Shown here piece after piece: positions 21,395 to 41,974 of a DNA stretch of 64,000 nt. The notes below the pieces were generated by a model. It was not told the DNA's origin. It worked only from the letters and a program-made list of their open reading frames with translations, and ran no database searches. Each line of letters starts with the position of its first letter. Position 1 is the stretch's first letter. This DNA comes from the human T2T-CHM13v2.0 reference genome, Homo sapiens. A program made the position numbers and the translations under genes. The DNA lies in the NCBI RefSeq assembly GCF_009914755.1, contig NC_060931.1. One strand, 5' to 3'.

Positions 21395-21721
21395 TGATCA
21401 ACCTATTTCTAATCTGTGCAGTTTTGGTTTTATTCCCCAATATTGTAAATTTCTAAGAACCTATGTTGATTAGATAAATATTCAATTTTAGAACCACTTT
21501 ATCTCTTAAGAATACAATTTTTTTCTTGTACTAAAAGAAATGGCTTTGTTTAAAAATAAGTAAAATACTAAATGTCTTCATAAAACAAGCCTGTATGTTT
21601 CTCATTTTGTAAAGTCATTAATCCTGACCTTCAGAAAAGCTTCCCAATTCATACACAAAGCAGTGCTTTAGCTATGAGACTTTGAAGTAATGGGCTTAAG
21701 ACATTGTTCCTCAAAGCAGAT

Positions 21722-21885
21722 GTTTAGAATTATATTGACAGAAAAGAATTTTTGAGATCATATTTTAGCCTCCTGTTTTATAAACAGGGAAGCTGAAACT
21801 CAGAAAATGTATCCAAAACACAGATCAAGGTAGTAGTAGAAATGAGACTAGAATTCAGGGTACTGACTCTAGAATTAATGCTCTA
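21722..21885 (-). mobile_element. MIR/MIR3
   Basis: ttttataaacagggaagctgaaactcaga...gactagaattcagg. Confidence 0.65.
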
Positions 21886-22059
21886 CAATTTTCTACATGG
21901 ACTGTTACTTGCCATAGATGCAAGAGCCTGGATGCCAGGAATGGTTCAAAGTGATTCTACATCTATTCCCTCATAAATACTACCCAAGAGTGCAATGTAT
22001 TAGGTACTATCATGGCTTCTCCATTTTAGGGAGAAGTAAGCAACACAGGCACAGTTGTA

Positions 22060-22160
22060 GTAACTCACTTAGCTAAAGTTAATGAATAACTTGCTGAAGG
22101 TTGCACACTAGTGAGGAATGAGGTTGGACTTTGAGCCCAGGTAATCTGGTTTCAAAGGCT
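22060..22160 (-). mobile_element. MIR fragment
   Basis: aataacttgctgaaggttgcacactagtgag...ggactttgagcccagg. Confidence 0.6.
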
Positions 22161-22519
22161 GTTCCTCTCAAGTCCCGGGCTCCAATTCTACTGCTTCTAA
22201 GTACTCTGTGTACCACCTTCAAAACAGAGAATAGTTAACTTGAAGGAAATGAAATAACAAAGCTCCTAATTATTTCCTACCTCTTCAACCAAAGATAATC
22301 TTTAGTTTTTGGCAAGAGGGCTTTTGATAATTAAGTGCTTTACCCAGTAAGTATTACAAGCTCCAGCCAATGTCAAGAGTGGTAAGGTATTTAATCAGGA
22401 AAGACAATTGAAAACAATCTTATTCTTATCCTGCTATTCGTAGAGCTCAAGGGAGAGTGAATGCTAGGAAGGAGAGCCAGGACTTTAGTAGGTGATAAAG
22501 TACTAACAAAGGGGCAGTG

Positions 22520-22680
22520 TTTCAGTAAGGAAGGGGATAGACAGCAGCATCCAGCACAGAAGGGAATTCAAATGAGAGGAGAACTGAAAAGTCGTTATTG
22601 GATTTGGGAATTAGGAAGCTTTTAGTGAGTTTTGAAAGAGCAAATTCAGTGGAATCTAGCCTGCAGAGGGCCAAGGAAAA
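22520..22680 (-). mobile_element. L2 fragment
   Basis: aactgaaaagtcgttattggatttgggaattaggaag...gagttttgaaagagc. Confidence 0.6.
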
Positions 22681-22799
22681 AACATAAAGATATAAAAGTG
22701 TGCCATACCACTTCAGGTTTATAAATGAATATCAAAACTAGATTACATTTCAGAAAATTAAGTTTTGTAATATTGTGGCAAACTGGGAATATATATCTC

Positions 22800-24340
<1,541 letters not shown>

Positions 24341-24342
24341 AC

Positions 24343-24862
24343 ATATCACATGAGCTTAGTTGATAAAGCAGTGGCAAGATTTGAGAGGATTGACTCCAAT
24401 TTTGAAATAAGTTCTACTGTGGGTAAAATGGTATAAACTCTATATCACATGCCAAAGAGAAATCTTGCATGAAAGGAAGAGTTTATTGATGTGGCAAACT
24501 TAATAATTGTCTTATTTTAAGAAATTGCCACAGTCACCCTAGCCTTCATCAACTACCACCCTGATCAGTCAGCAGCCATCCACATGGAAGCAAGATCTCC
24601 ACCAGGAAAAGGATTACAACTCACTGAAGGCTCAGATGATCACTAGAATTTTTTAGCAATATAGTATATTTTAACTGAGATATGTACATTATTTTCTTAG
24701 ATATAATGTTATTCCACACTTTATAATAGACTACAATATAGTGTAAATATAACTTTTACATGCACTGGGAAACAAAAAAAACTGTGTGACATACTTTATT
24801 GCAATATTTGCTTTATTGTGGTGGTCTGGAACCAAACCCACAATATCTCTGAGGTATACCTA
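24343..24862 (+). mobile_element. Tigger1 3' segment (inverted relative to the rest of the element)
   Basis: cttagttgataaagcag...gagaggattgactccaattttgaaa...; ends in TIR caatatctctgaggtatacct. Confidence 0.9.
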
Positions 24863-24864
24863 CA

Positions 24865-25018
24865 AACAAGAAATGTCAGTAAAACTTTGTGAAAGAAGAA
24901 CAATGAGGAATACAATCCTGACAGATATTAAAGCATACTATAAAGCTTTTAATTAAAATAGCACTGTATTAAGCATGATCATACAGCAAGACCAATAGAA
25001 CAGAAGAGATATTTTGGT
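24865..25018 (+). mobile_element. L1ME ORF2 fragment, inverted together with the Tigger1 end
   Basis: aagaagaacaatgagg...cagatattaaagcatactataaagct...gaccaatagaacaga = sense L1 'PDIKxYYKA...DQWNR' region. Confidence 0.75.
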
Positions 25019-26855
25019 AACTAAGTTCATGTGATATCCTAACTCTTTTGTTGTCATTTCTACAATGTCCATAGCATCTTCACCAAGAGTAAATTCCATC
25101 TGAAGTAACCACTTTCTTGGCTCACTCATAAGAGGCATCTCCTCATTTGTTCAGATTTTATCATGACATTGCAGCAATTCAGTCAAATCTTCAGACTCTA
25201 CTTCTAATTCTCTTGTGGTTTACACCATATTTGCAGTTACTTCCTGTATGGAAATCTTGAAACCATCTAAGTCATCCATGAAGGTTTAAATCAATTTCTT
25301 CCAAACTCCTTTTAATGTGGATATCATGAACTCCTCCCATAAATTACACATATTCTCAATGGCATCTTGAATGGCAAATCCTTTCCAGAAAGTTTTCAAT
25401 TTACTTTGCCCAGATTTATTGGAGAAATCACTCTCTGTGGCAGCCAGGGCCTCACAAAATATATTTCTTAAATAATGAAAGTTGAAATTATTCCTTGATA
25501 TATGGGCTGCAAAATGAATTTTGTGTTAGCAGGCATGAAAACAACATTAATCTTCTTGTACGTCTCCATCAGAGCTCTTATCAATGAGCAGTAATATTTT
25601 GAAAGAAATCTTTTCTCCGAGCAGTAGGTCTCAATGGTGGGCTTCAAATATTCAGTAAACCATCCTGTAAATAGATGTGCTGTCATCCAGACTAAGTTGT
25701 TTCATTTACAGAGAACAGGCAGAGTAGATTTAGCATGATTCTTAAGGGTGCCAGGATTTTCAGAATGGTAAATAAGGGCTGGCTTCAATTTAAAGTCAAC
25801 AGCTGCATTATCCCCTACCAAGACACAGTCAGCCTGTCCTTCAAAACTTTGAAGCTGGGCATTCACTTCTCCCCTAGCTATGAAAATCTTCAATGGCATA
25901 TTCTTCCAATACAAGACTGTTTTGTCTACATTGAAAATCTGTTGTTTAGTGTAGCCACCTTCATCATTACCTTAGCTACATACCTGCTACAGTTTCTGCA
26001 TAAGCACTAGGTGCTTCACCATGAACTTTTATGTATGGAGATAGATTCTTTCCTTAGACCTCGTGAAATGAACCAACCTTTGCTAGCTTTTTCACTGCAG
26101 CTTCCTTGCCTCTCTCAGCCTTAATAGAATTAAGGAGAATTATGGCCTTATTCTGAAGTAGACTTTGATGTAATAGAATCTGTGGGTGATTTGATCTTTA
26201 ACTGGACTACTAAAATGTCCTCCATATCAGCAATATGGCTGTTTATCTTTCTTATCATTCATGTGTTCACTAGAGTAGCACTTCTAGTTTTCTTCAATAA
26301 TTTTTTATTTGCATTCCTAACTTGGCTAACTGATGCAAGAGGCCTACAACTTGGCTTTCAGTGTGCCTTCCTTACTAAGTTTAAACATTTCTAGCTTTTG
26401 ATTTAAAGTTGGAGACATGCAACTCTTCCTTTCACTTGAACAGGAAGGCCATTGTAGGGTTATTCATTGGCCTAATTTCAATATTGTTATATCTCAGGAA
26501 ATAGGGGTGTCCTAAGGGGAGGGAGAAAGACAGAAGCATGATCTCTTGGTAGAGCAATCTGAACATACAATCTGTCGATTAAGTTCAGTCTTATATGGGC
26601 ACAGTTTGTGACACTTCAAAACAATTACAAAACAATACCAACATCAAATATCACTGATCAGAGCTCACTATAACAAATATAATAATAATAAAAGTTTGAA
26701 ATATTGCATAAATTACCAAAATGTGACACAGAGACATGAAGTAAACACAATGCTGTTAGAAAAATGACCTCGATAGATTTGCTTGATGCAGAGTTGCCAC
26801 AAACATTAAATTTGCAAAATGCAATAAAGCAAAGTGCAATAAAAAGGTATACCTG
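25019..26855 (-). mobile_element. Tigger1 (pogo-like DNA transposon), 5' ~1.8 kb, decayed transposase
   Basis: ORF pieces [64 protein letters not shown]; TIR aggtatacctg + TA at 26856-26857. Confidence 0.95.
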
Positions 26856-26857
26856 TA

Positions 26858-27077
26858 TTTTATTTTGATGTAAAATCTTCACCTTATCTAAATGTGAAAA
26901 AATATTAATAATTAATATTTTTGTGTTGTATTTATAAATTACTTTACAAACTAATTAATTTAAAAATAATTAAATTAACTAAAATTATTACAAAGTTGGG
27001 TTTTCTTATCCAAGAACATAGACTCACTTCACAGTGGCATAAGTTTTCGTGTAACTCACAAGTGTTTTAAATTTTTC

Positions 27078-27080
<3 letters not shown>
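26858..27080 (-). mobile_element. Continuation of the L1ME host
   Basis: ttgggttttcttatccaagaacatag...gtgttttaaatttttcttca = antisense ORF2 'CSWIGR' region. Confidence 0.55.
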
Positions 27081-32862
<5,782 letters not shown>

Positions 32863-33099
32863 ACCCATCATCACTTTATCTTTCAATATGCGGTTTGTTT
32901 TCTTTCACATGTGTGTATTTGTTTGTGTGTGTGTGCTTGTGTATGTATAGTTTATTAGTTCCCTAGCAAGAAAAATAAATAAATTTAGCAAATCTTTTCT
33001 TCCTATTCATCTTCTCTTTCCCTTCCACACTTTATACTATTCAGTAGTAGTATGGTTTGTTGTGTTTAGTTTTATGCTAGTGGATGTGCATATACTTCT

Positions 33100-33610
33100 A
33101 TTACTTTGTTAATTTTTAATTTCTTTTTATTTCCAGTGATTTGAGATAAGGCAATCAGGATGCTTAATCTGTCTTTTTCCTCCTTGCTCCTTCCAATTTT
33201 TGTCAGTGATATTTCTTATTTATAGGACATACAATATTTACACTGATGTGTCACTGTAAACCCCACATTTGTCTTAGCCTTAGGTGTATTGTTAAGTATG
33301 TTCAATGTGCATCATATCATAATAGCTAAACTTATTCTCCAGTAGTTTTTTCAAGAAAGATTAGTGGAAGTAATGTTATCTGGTTTCTTGACTATTGCAA
33401 ACTGTTTGTCTATGGCCCTTATACTTGGAAGTCAGTTGGGCCAGAAAATGATTCCTTCAGTTATATTTTTTTTCTTTATAGGATTGTTTAGATCACTGTC
33501 TTCTGACATTAAATGTTGCTGTGGAGGTTGAAGAAGCATAATATGGCAAGTTTTACAGTTATTTTTCAATATTGACTTTTCTAGATTAATTTTTCCTGGC
33601 ATGTGGTGTG

Positions 33611-33658
<48 letters not shown>

Positions 33659-34100
33659 ATCCAAGCCTTCTTTATAATTTCAAGAAAATTTCTTTGAATT
33701 ATATTTAAATATTTGTTCTGTACTTTTATCTTGATTTAGGTTTTTTAGGAATTCCAATTATGTGTATGTTGCACCATCTTTGTCTTTTTATGTATTTTTT
33801 CTATTTAATTATTTTTTAAATTCTATCTCATTTTCTATCCTTCTCTCTTTCTCTTGCTTCTATCATCTATGTTTTTTACAGTGTCCCTTTGCTTTTGCAT
33901 TCTTTCTCATATCCTTTTTATTTCTTTGTTAATTTTATTTTTGCCTTTTATTTTCTATGTTTAGCCAATATAATTTCATGTCTTGCTGTTTTCTTGCCAT
34001 CTGTTCCCTGACTTCCAGCGTCTTTGCTATATTGTTGCATTTTCCTTCATAGAAGCAATAGTTTCATTAAATTTTGTTATTTGCTTATTTTGTTTTAATT
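33100..34100 (-). mobile_element. HAL1/old L1M-like relic
   Basis: aactgtttgtctatggcccttatacttggaagtcagttgg, ggaattccaattatgtgtatgttg. Confidence 0.55.
33615..33653. repeat. (AC)19 microsatellite
   Basis: Read directly. Confidence 0.95.
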
Positions 34101-34124
34101 TGGGAACAAAGATTGGTCTAAGCT

Positions 34125-34384
34125 TTTTTTTTTTTTCTGAGACAGAGTCTAACTGTCGCCCAGGCTGGAGTGCAGTGGCACCATCTTGGCTCACTACAGG
34201 CTCTGCCCCCCGGGGTTCATGCCATTCTCCTGCCTCAGCCTCCCAAGTAGCTGGGATTACAGGTGCCCGCCACCTCGCCTGGCTAATGTTTTGTATTTTT
34301 AGTAGAGACAGGGTTTCACCGTGTTAGCCAGGATGGTCTTGATCTCCTGACCTCATGATCCGCCCACCTCAGCCACTCAAAGTG
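34125..34384 (-). mobile_element. AluY-like, ~30 bp 5'-truncated
   Basis: gccattctcctgcc, ccgtgttagccaggatggtct; TSD tggtctaagct (34114-34124) / tggtgtaagct (34385-34395). Confidence 0.92.
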
Positions 34385-34987
34385 TGGTGTAAGCTCTTTA
34401 TTTGTTCCATATCAACATTTTTTTTCTGGAGTATTCCTTATTTATTTCAAAATTTTGCTAATCTATTCTTCCTTTTTCTTTATAGCTTATTTTTTGGATA
34501 ATGTGCTAATTACTTTTTATACTTGCCTTTAAATGAATTGCATCAGCCCTTTGCTAATTATTATTGTTACCTGTGTTTTGAATGAGTTGGATAGTGTTTG
34601 CAAGAAATTCTTGGTTGCTGGGACAGAGTAGAATTTTAAGATGCTTTTATAACCTAATTGCTTTCTTCTAAATTAACACAAAGACAGACTTCTTCCTGCA
34701 AATGTCATTTTCATGTCATAGATCTCCCCTGCTTCTCTGATTGTAACTTGATCCTGAGTGACTTCTTAGATTAAGCTGCTCAATATTTTTCTCATTTGTT
34801 GGCCCAGTTAAAGGGCATTGTTTTTTGTGCACTCAAGTATACCTATCACCCACAGGAAACGTGTTTTTCCTAGGACTTTCTGCAGCTTCTGGATTCTTTC
34901 CTCAGCTTATCTCCACTTTCTCTTATTGGCTTCTATATTTAATGGAAGCTTTTAGAAGCTCTTAAATATATCCTGAAATTTTTATCG

Positions 34988-37405
34988 TATATTAGTCTGT
35001 TTTCACATGCTACAAAGAACTGCTTGAGACTGAGTAATTTATAAAGGAAAGGGGTTTTATTGACTCACAGTTCTGCATGGCTGGAGAGGCCTCTGGAAAC
35101 GTATAATCATGACAGAAGGTGAAGGAGAAGCAAGTATCTTCCTCACAAGGCAGCAGAAGAGAGAGCACAGGGGAAACTGCCACTTTTAAAGCATCAGACC
35201 TCGGGAGAACTCTCTCACTATCATGAGAATAGCATGGGGGAAAATGCTTCCATGATCCAGTCACCTCCCACAAGGTCAATCCCTTGACACATGGGGATTA
35301 CAATTAAGAGAAGATATGCATGGGGACACAGAGCCAAACTATATTATTCCACCCCAGCCCCTGCCAAATCTCATGTGCTTTTCACATTTCAAAAGCAATC
35401 ATGCCTTCTCAATAGTCACCCAAAGGCTTAACTCATTCCAGCATTAACTCAAAAGTCCTAGTCCAAAGTCTCATCTGAGACAAGGCAAATCCCTTCCCCT
35501 ATGAGCCTGTAAAATGGAAAGCAAGTTAGTTACCTCCAAGATACAATGCGGGTACAGGCATTGGATAAATATTCCCATTCCAAATTGGAGAAATTGACCA
35601 AAACAAGGGGCTATAGGCTCCATGGAAGTCTGAAATCTGGCAGGGCAGTCATTAAATCTTAAAGCTCCAAAATAATCTCCTTTGACTCCATGTCTCACAT
35701 CCAGGGCATGCTGATGCAAGGGGTGGGCTTCCAAGGCCTTGAGCTCTGCAGGGTACAGCCCCCACAGCTGCTTTTATGGGCTGACATTGAGTGCCTGCAG
35801 CTTTTCCAAGTGTGTGGTACAAGCTGTTGGTGGATCTACCACTCTGGGGTCTGGTGGATGGTGGTCCTTTTCTCACAGGTCTGCTAGGCAGTGCCACAGT
35901 AGGGATTCTGTGTAGGGGCTCCAAGCCAACATTTATCCTCTGCATTGCCCTAGTAGAGGTTCTCTATGAGGTCTCTGCCCCTGCAGCAAACTTCTACCTG
36001 GACATCCCGACATTTCCCTACAGCTTCTGAGATCTGGATGGGGGCTCTCAAAGCTCAACTTTTGTCTTTTGTGTACCTGCAGGCCCCAAACCACATGGAA
36101 GCTGCCAAGGGTTGGGGCTTACACCCTCTGAAGTCATGGTCTGAATTGTACATTGGATCCTTTTAGCCACAGCTGGAGACGGAGTAGCTAGTACACAGGG
36201 CACCAAATCCTGAGGCTTCACAGAGCAATAGGACCCTGAGCCCAGCACATGAAACCATATTTTCCTCCTAGGCCTCCAGGCCTGTGATGGGAGAGGTTGC
36301 ACTGAGGATCTCTGACATGCCCTAGGGAGATTTTCCCCCTTGTCATGGCTATTAACATTTGACTCCTTATTACTTATGCAAATTTCTAGAGCTGGCTTGA
36401 ATTTCTGCCCAGGAAATGGGTTTTTCTTTCCTACCTCATGGTCAGGCTAAAAATTATCCAAACTTTTATGCGCTGCTTCCCTTATAAAGAAAAGTTGCAG
36501 TTTCAGATAATCACTGTGAATGCATATGACTGAATGCTTTCAGAATCTGCCAGGTAACTGCTTGAATTCTTTGCTGCTGGAAATATTTTCCACCGATTAC
36601 CTGAAATCATCTCTCTCAAGTTCAAAGTTCCACAGATCTCTAGGGCAGGGGCAAAACACTCGCTGCCAGTATCTTTGCTAAAGCATAGCAAGAGTGACCT
36701 TTACCCCAGTCCCAATAAATTCTTCATCTTCATCTGAGACCACCTCAGCCCGGACTTCATTATCCATATCACTATCAGCATTTTGGTCAAAATCATTCAA
36801 CAAGTCTCTAGGAAGTTCCAAACTTTCTCACATCTTCCTGTCTTCTTCTGAGCCCTCTCAACTGTTCCAACCCCTGCCCATTGCCCATTTCCAAAGTCAC
36901 TTCTACATTTTCATGTTATCTTTATAGCAGCACTCCACTCCTGGTACCAATGTTCTGTATTTGCTTTTTTAAATGTATCTATTTCTTTAACTTATATGTA
37001 TGTTCTTTGCTCAAAAAGTAAATTCCCTGTAGACATATGTTGTGTTAGTCCATTTTGACACTGCCATAAAGAACTACCTGAGACTGGGTAATTTATAAAG
37101 GAAAGAGGTTTAATTTACTCACAGTTCTCATGGCTGGGGAAGCCTCAGGAAACTTACAATCATGGGAGAAGGTGAAGGGGAAGCAAGTACCTTCTTCACT
37201 AGGGGCCGGAGAGACAGAGAGAGCGCACAGGGGGAACTGCCACTTTTAAATCATCAGATCTCATGAGAGCTTCCTCACTGTCATGAGAACAGCATGGGGA
37301 AAACTGCCCCCATGATGCAATCACCTCCCACCATGTCCCTCCCTTGACATGTGGGGATTACGATTCGAGTTGAGATTTATGTGGGGAAACAGCCAAATGA
37401 TGTCA
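34988..37405 (-). mobile_element. Two-LTR THE1D-like MaLR: LTR 34988-35346, internal 35347-36955, LTR 37041-37405
   Basis: Two ~360-bp direct repeats matching THE1 LTRs flank a ~1.6-kb THE1/MST internal region ending ctggtaccaatgttc. Confidence 0.92.
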
Positions 37406-37413
37406 TCTCCTAA

Positions 37414-37817
<404 letters not shown>

Positions 37818-39389
37818 TAGCTTATATAGTCAAATTTGCCTGGTAAGTACTTATCTCGTTTGTCTACCCCAAATAATGAGGGAAATTAGAGCATTACAAC
37901 ATACCTAACTTTCTTTGAATTGTTATTTTCAGAATTATGGAGAAGAATAAAATAATAACCAAAAAGAGTCTACTTCTACTTTCATGTCATGATTTTTGCT
38001 AATAATAAGAATAACAATACCCCTTTGTCTTATTGTTTCTGCTGCAGCAGCACCAAGGGCACAAAAGCATATCTCATTTTCTTTTACTTTCTGTATTACT
38101 TTATTTTAAAAAGCTTGGGTCTTTCTATCTTAAAGGGGCCCACAGCTGTAAAGACTCTTTAGGGGACTGGTGTTTCTACCCACTGCCAAGAGAAACATGT
38201 TGCACCCATGCTCAGTGGTTGATACTAGCCATTGGCTTATTTCTGGTTATAACTCAAGCTTCTGTATTCATTCTTTAAAATTGTTTAGGTCCTCATCCTT
38301 GGCTTCTTTTGAAATTGACTTCTGTTCCTCCATTTCATTCATGCAGGCAAGCACAGCTGGGTACCTCTGTTGACAGCATCCAGGTTTGAATTGCATAGTG
38401 ATGGAAGCCAAGCCATCCTTAGGTGTCTGGAACACATTTTATCTTTGGAAATCTGACACACCCTCAATATTGTTGACATTTGAGGCATAGTGCCAGACTC
38501 ATCCAAGCACATAGCTATTTCCCTAGGAAACCATCTAATATGGGTATTTAAAAGCTACTATTTTATTGCTATTGGATGCCATTAAATGCTGGTTCATGAA
38601 CCAGGAAAAGAAAACATTGCAAGTGAGAAAATAGAACATCCTCTAAAATGGTCTGTGTCTGTGTGGGACATTTAAATATAACAGAAAAAAAAAACAGTAA
38701 GTTCAAAATGATGTCGTTTTACCTTGTGAGTTTTTATTTTAACTTTATTGTGGGCTTGTTATTTTTGTACCTTGATGATATTTTAATGTAAAAGCACAAT
38801 TATTATCCAATGCTTATTTTAACCCAGAACTTGACTATATATAAGAAGATCTTTTATTTTTACTATTAGAGCATTTTGATAAATGAAAAAGAGAAACAGC
38901 AACTTTCTGTATTTATTCACATATGCTACCCATTGCCAGTTTTTATCAGAAAACTGTAGGCTATCCCTCAAATTCACTATAGCTTAATCCCCTGCTAGGC
39001 ATGGAGTAGAGCTAGATATCTATTTTTAAAATCATGTCCATTTAATGAAAGTAAAACTTACCATATATCCAGAGATTTGGTCTTTATTTCATCTTTCTGA
39101 AAATATAAATATAATTTAATTGGTTCAGAATCCTGTCTCATCATTCTCATTTGTTATTCTCTTTCTTTTCAGCTACATCAATCTGTTTTTTATTTGCATC
39201 ACTGAACTTGCTTGTCTTTATTTTCCAGCTCTAACATGCCAATCCTCCCTCACTATTGCCAGCCCGAAACATCTCTTCAGTGGAGTATTATTTAATTTAT
39301 ACACATAATACTTATGTCATTGTTCTGTCCTGGGAAATGTATCAACAACTATTAGATGTCTACTGTTTTGGAATTTAAGACAAATTATT

Positions 39390-39540
39390 ATATCAGTCTG
39401 TTGTAAACAACAGAAGCTGATTTAGTTTGATTAAGCAGAAGTTTATTAAAAGAATATTGGATAGCTAACAATTGTTGAAAGACCTACAGAATAAGACTTG
39501 AGGTTAAGCTTCTAGGCAGAATGGCTAAAACCGTGCCATG
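39390..39540 (-). mobile_element. Old MLT1-like LTR fragment
   Basis: aaacaacagaa...ttaagcagaagtttattaaaagaatattggatagct. Confidence 0.4.
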
Positions 39541-39732
39541 GAATTGTCTTAATGACAAAATTACCATGAACAGTGGTCGCCCACAGAATAACATATAAAA
39601 CTGCTGCTGCTAATGCTTTTGCCCACCAGTCCAATTTCTGCACAAGAAAATTGACATTGAAACACCTGGGAAGTCACCACCACTTGCACCGTTGCTACCA
39701 CAAGCACCACCACCACCAAAGAATGTCTCCAG

Positions 39733-40070
39733 CTGGGTTTCTTCTAAGATAGAGTTTAACATGCAGAATTTGTACCACAGAGGAGAAAGAAGTAAGACTG
39801 AGCAAAGATGGAAGTTGAGCTGTGATGTAGGCCCAAAGTAGACCTCAGCTGACATCACAGCAATCTTGGGAGCTAAAGTTTGCTCCTAGTTGGGTCAAAG
39901 TGGCAAGAATTTTATATTCTCATATTGAACAGTCATTAGATATGAGCTACACTAGGAAGGGACATGACCTTGGGAAAGGTGGCTCGCTACAGCTGGGGCA
40001 ACCCTTGAAAAAACAGATAACTGGAGGTTGTTTGCCAACAGCATCCTCAGCATTTAGGAGGAAGCATATA
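39733..40070 (-). mobile_element. LTR16-like ERVL LTR
   Basis: gaagttgagctgtgatg, cctcagctgac, cagtcattagat, tgaccttggg, gccaacagcatcctcagca. Confidence 0.7.
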
Positions 40071-40790
40071 CAGTCCACTTCTTGCATTGCTTGGATTCAC
40101 TACATATATATTTTTGCAGCAATTCCTCTAAGGTTGTCACAGAATTCTATATCTGGAAGAACCTAAAAGAGTACAGTTAGTAGGATGAAATACACCTGCC
40201 ACTACTGCAGCTGATCTTGGGACCTCAAGTGATCTCATTGTCTCTTTCCTTTACTATCCACTGTAGATCCCTCTTATCTTCAACTAGCATCTCTGCTGGT
40301 CTACATGCCTTATCTGCTACCATTACCCAGACCCTCATCCCTGAGAAGTCTGCGACCCTGGTCACCATGCTTTTTGCAGATTGAGGTTTCTGCACTTTCC
40401 CATTCACCATAAAATTCAACAAGGGAGTACCAAGAGGTACCCAAATATATTTTTCTCTGTCCTTATTGTGTCACATCAGCCCTGCCTCCTTGTGTTGATC
40501 AGGATTAGTTATCCCTGCCATGATGATGGTTACTCTTTTGCTGCTTGTCCCTTGGCACAAGGAGCCTGAAGTACCCAGGTCATAGCTTATAATTCACTGA
40601 AATCTTATTTAAACCCTGTTCCCTGCTTGGCAACCAGGATCTCTCAACTCTGCAGAGTCCAGAGTTGTGGCTCATTGGTTGTGATAGTAAGCACTTCCAC
40701 TTCTTGGTTTCCATTCCCATGTAATATTCCTATTAAAGATGTATCACCATATAAAGGTTAATGACTCAAAATCATATTCATTGTTGAAGT
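40071..40790 (-). mobile_element. ERVL-class internal relic adjoining LTR16
   Basis: ORF 40225-40422 (VNGKVQKPQ...SGMRVWV...RPAEMLVEDKRDLQWIVKE) resembles the C-terminal end of the ERVL pol/dUTPase region. Confidence 0.7.
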
Positions 40791-41589
40791 AGTCAACAAT
40801 ATGTGTAGCAAATTAAAAATATTTTTAAAGTGTTAAAATTATTTAGTTCAACCTTCATTTGTTTTGATAAAGAAAATTAATTTGAATACTTTTTTTCCCC
40901 AAGGAAGCTATGTGTGCAAGGTTTTGTTTTCCTTGTTGTTTACTGTTTTTATCCTTATGTTTTCTCTCATAAGGATACATTGTGATAAGAAGGAATTGTT
41001 TACTCTTTCCCATGGAAAATTTGGGCTAAGAGAGGATCGCACTAGTCTCTTTTTCTCACTCTATACATCTTCCTGCTAGGGACAGGAAGATTCAATAAAG
41101 GAAAAAGTTATGTTCCCATGAGACTCGTAGTCTTCTCATCAGCATACACATGACTTTATCCAATTGAAAGGGAAATGCCATGAGACCAAATGGTTAATAC
41201 AAAAGGGGACATGTCAGGATGTTGAAACTCTGGCTATTCATTCACCATGCCACCATTTCACTCCCTTGAGAAGAAAATCCATCTCTCCTCCTAATGGCAT
41301 ACCCATCAGTGAAGTGGCATGGCTTCTTTATGGAGCCTTGCTCCACTGACACATTGCAAAGGATTCTAAAAGGTAAATGAGAGATGGAGGATTAGTATTA
41401 GATACAGGTTACCTTTTTTTTTTTTCTGTGTTTCTAAAGTTGTCACTTTAGACCCACTTTGCTGGGTCACTTAACTAGGCAAGCTAATTCAAACAGGAGG
41501 GTCTCTGAGTTGTCTCTCTTTTTCCCTTGTGCTGACAGAATAAATAATATTTAGGACTGAGAAAATAGTTCATGTTTTTAAAGAACCTG

Positions 41590-41705
41590 TTAGTAAGGAA
41601 CTAAGACCTACATGCATTATTTAATTACATCTTACAGGGTTCCTGATGAGGTAAATGTTATTATTCCCATGTTCTAACAAGGAAACTTAGGTCACAGAGT
41701 GATTG
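41590..41705 (-). mobile_element. MIR fragment
   Basis: cctgatgaggta..tgttattattcccat...ggaaacttagg. Confidence 0.6.
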
Positions 41706-41974
41706 CATGTTTGAAAAAGAATTTTATCCTTTTTTTTTTACACTATTCTAGAATAAGGAGCTATCTACATTGAGCATAATTTTTTTTCCATAGAAATAGA
41801 CACAAAGACATGTCTCCACTGAAAATTATGTGAATATGTAATGTACACATTGAGATGTTATGCTGAATGTACACATATGCACTTTCTGTGTAAAATACAG
41901 ATACACGATGTTCTTCATAATCTAGCTTCAACATACATATCTTCTTTCATTTGCCAAAACTCTTCCCACTACCC

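Noticed and set aside
35010-36927. Dense overlapping ORFs on both strands
   Set aside because: All lie within the higher-GC THE1 LTR/internal sequence; no intact MaLR ORF
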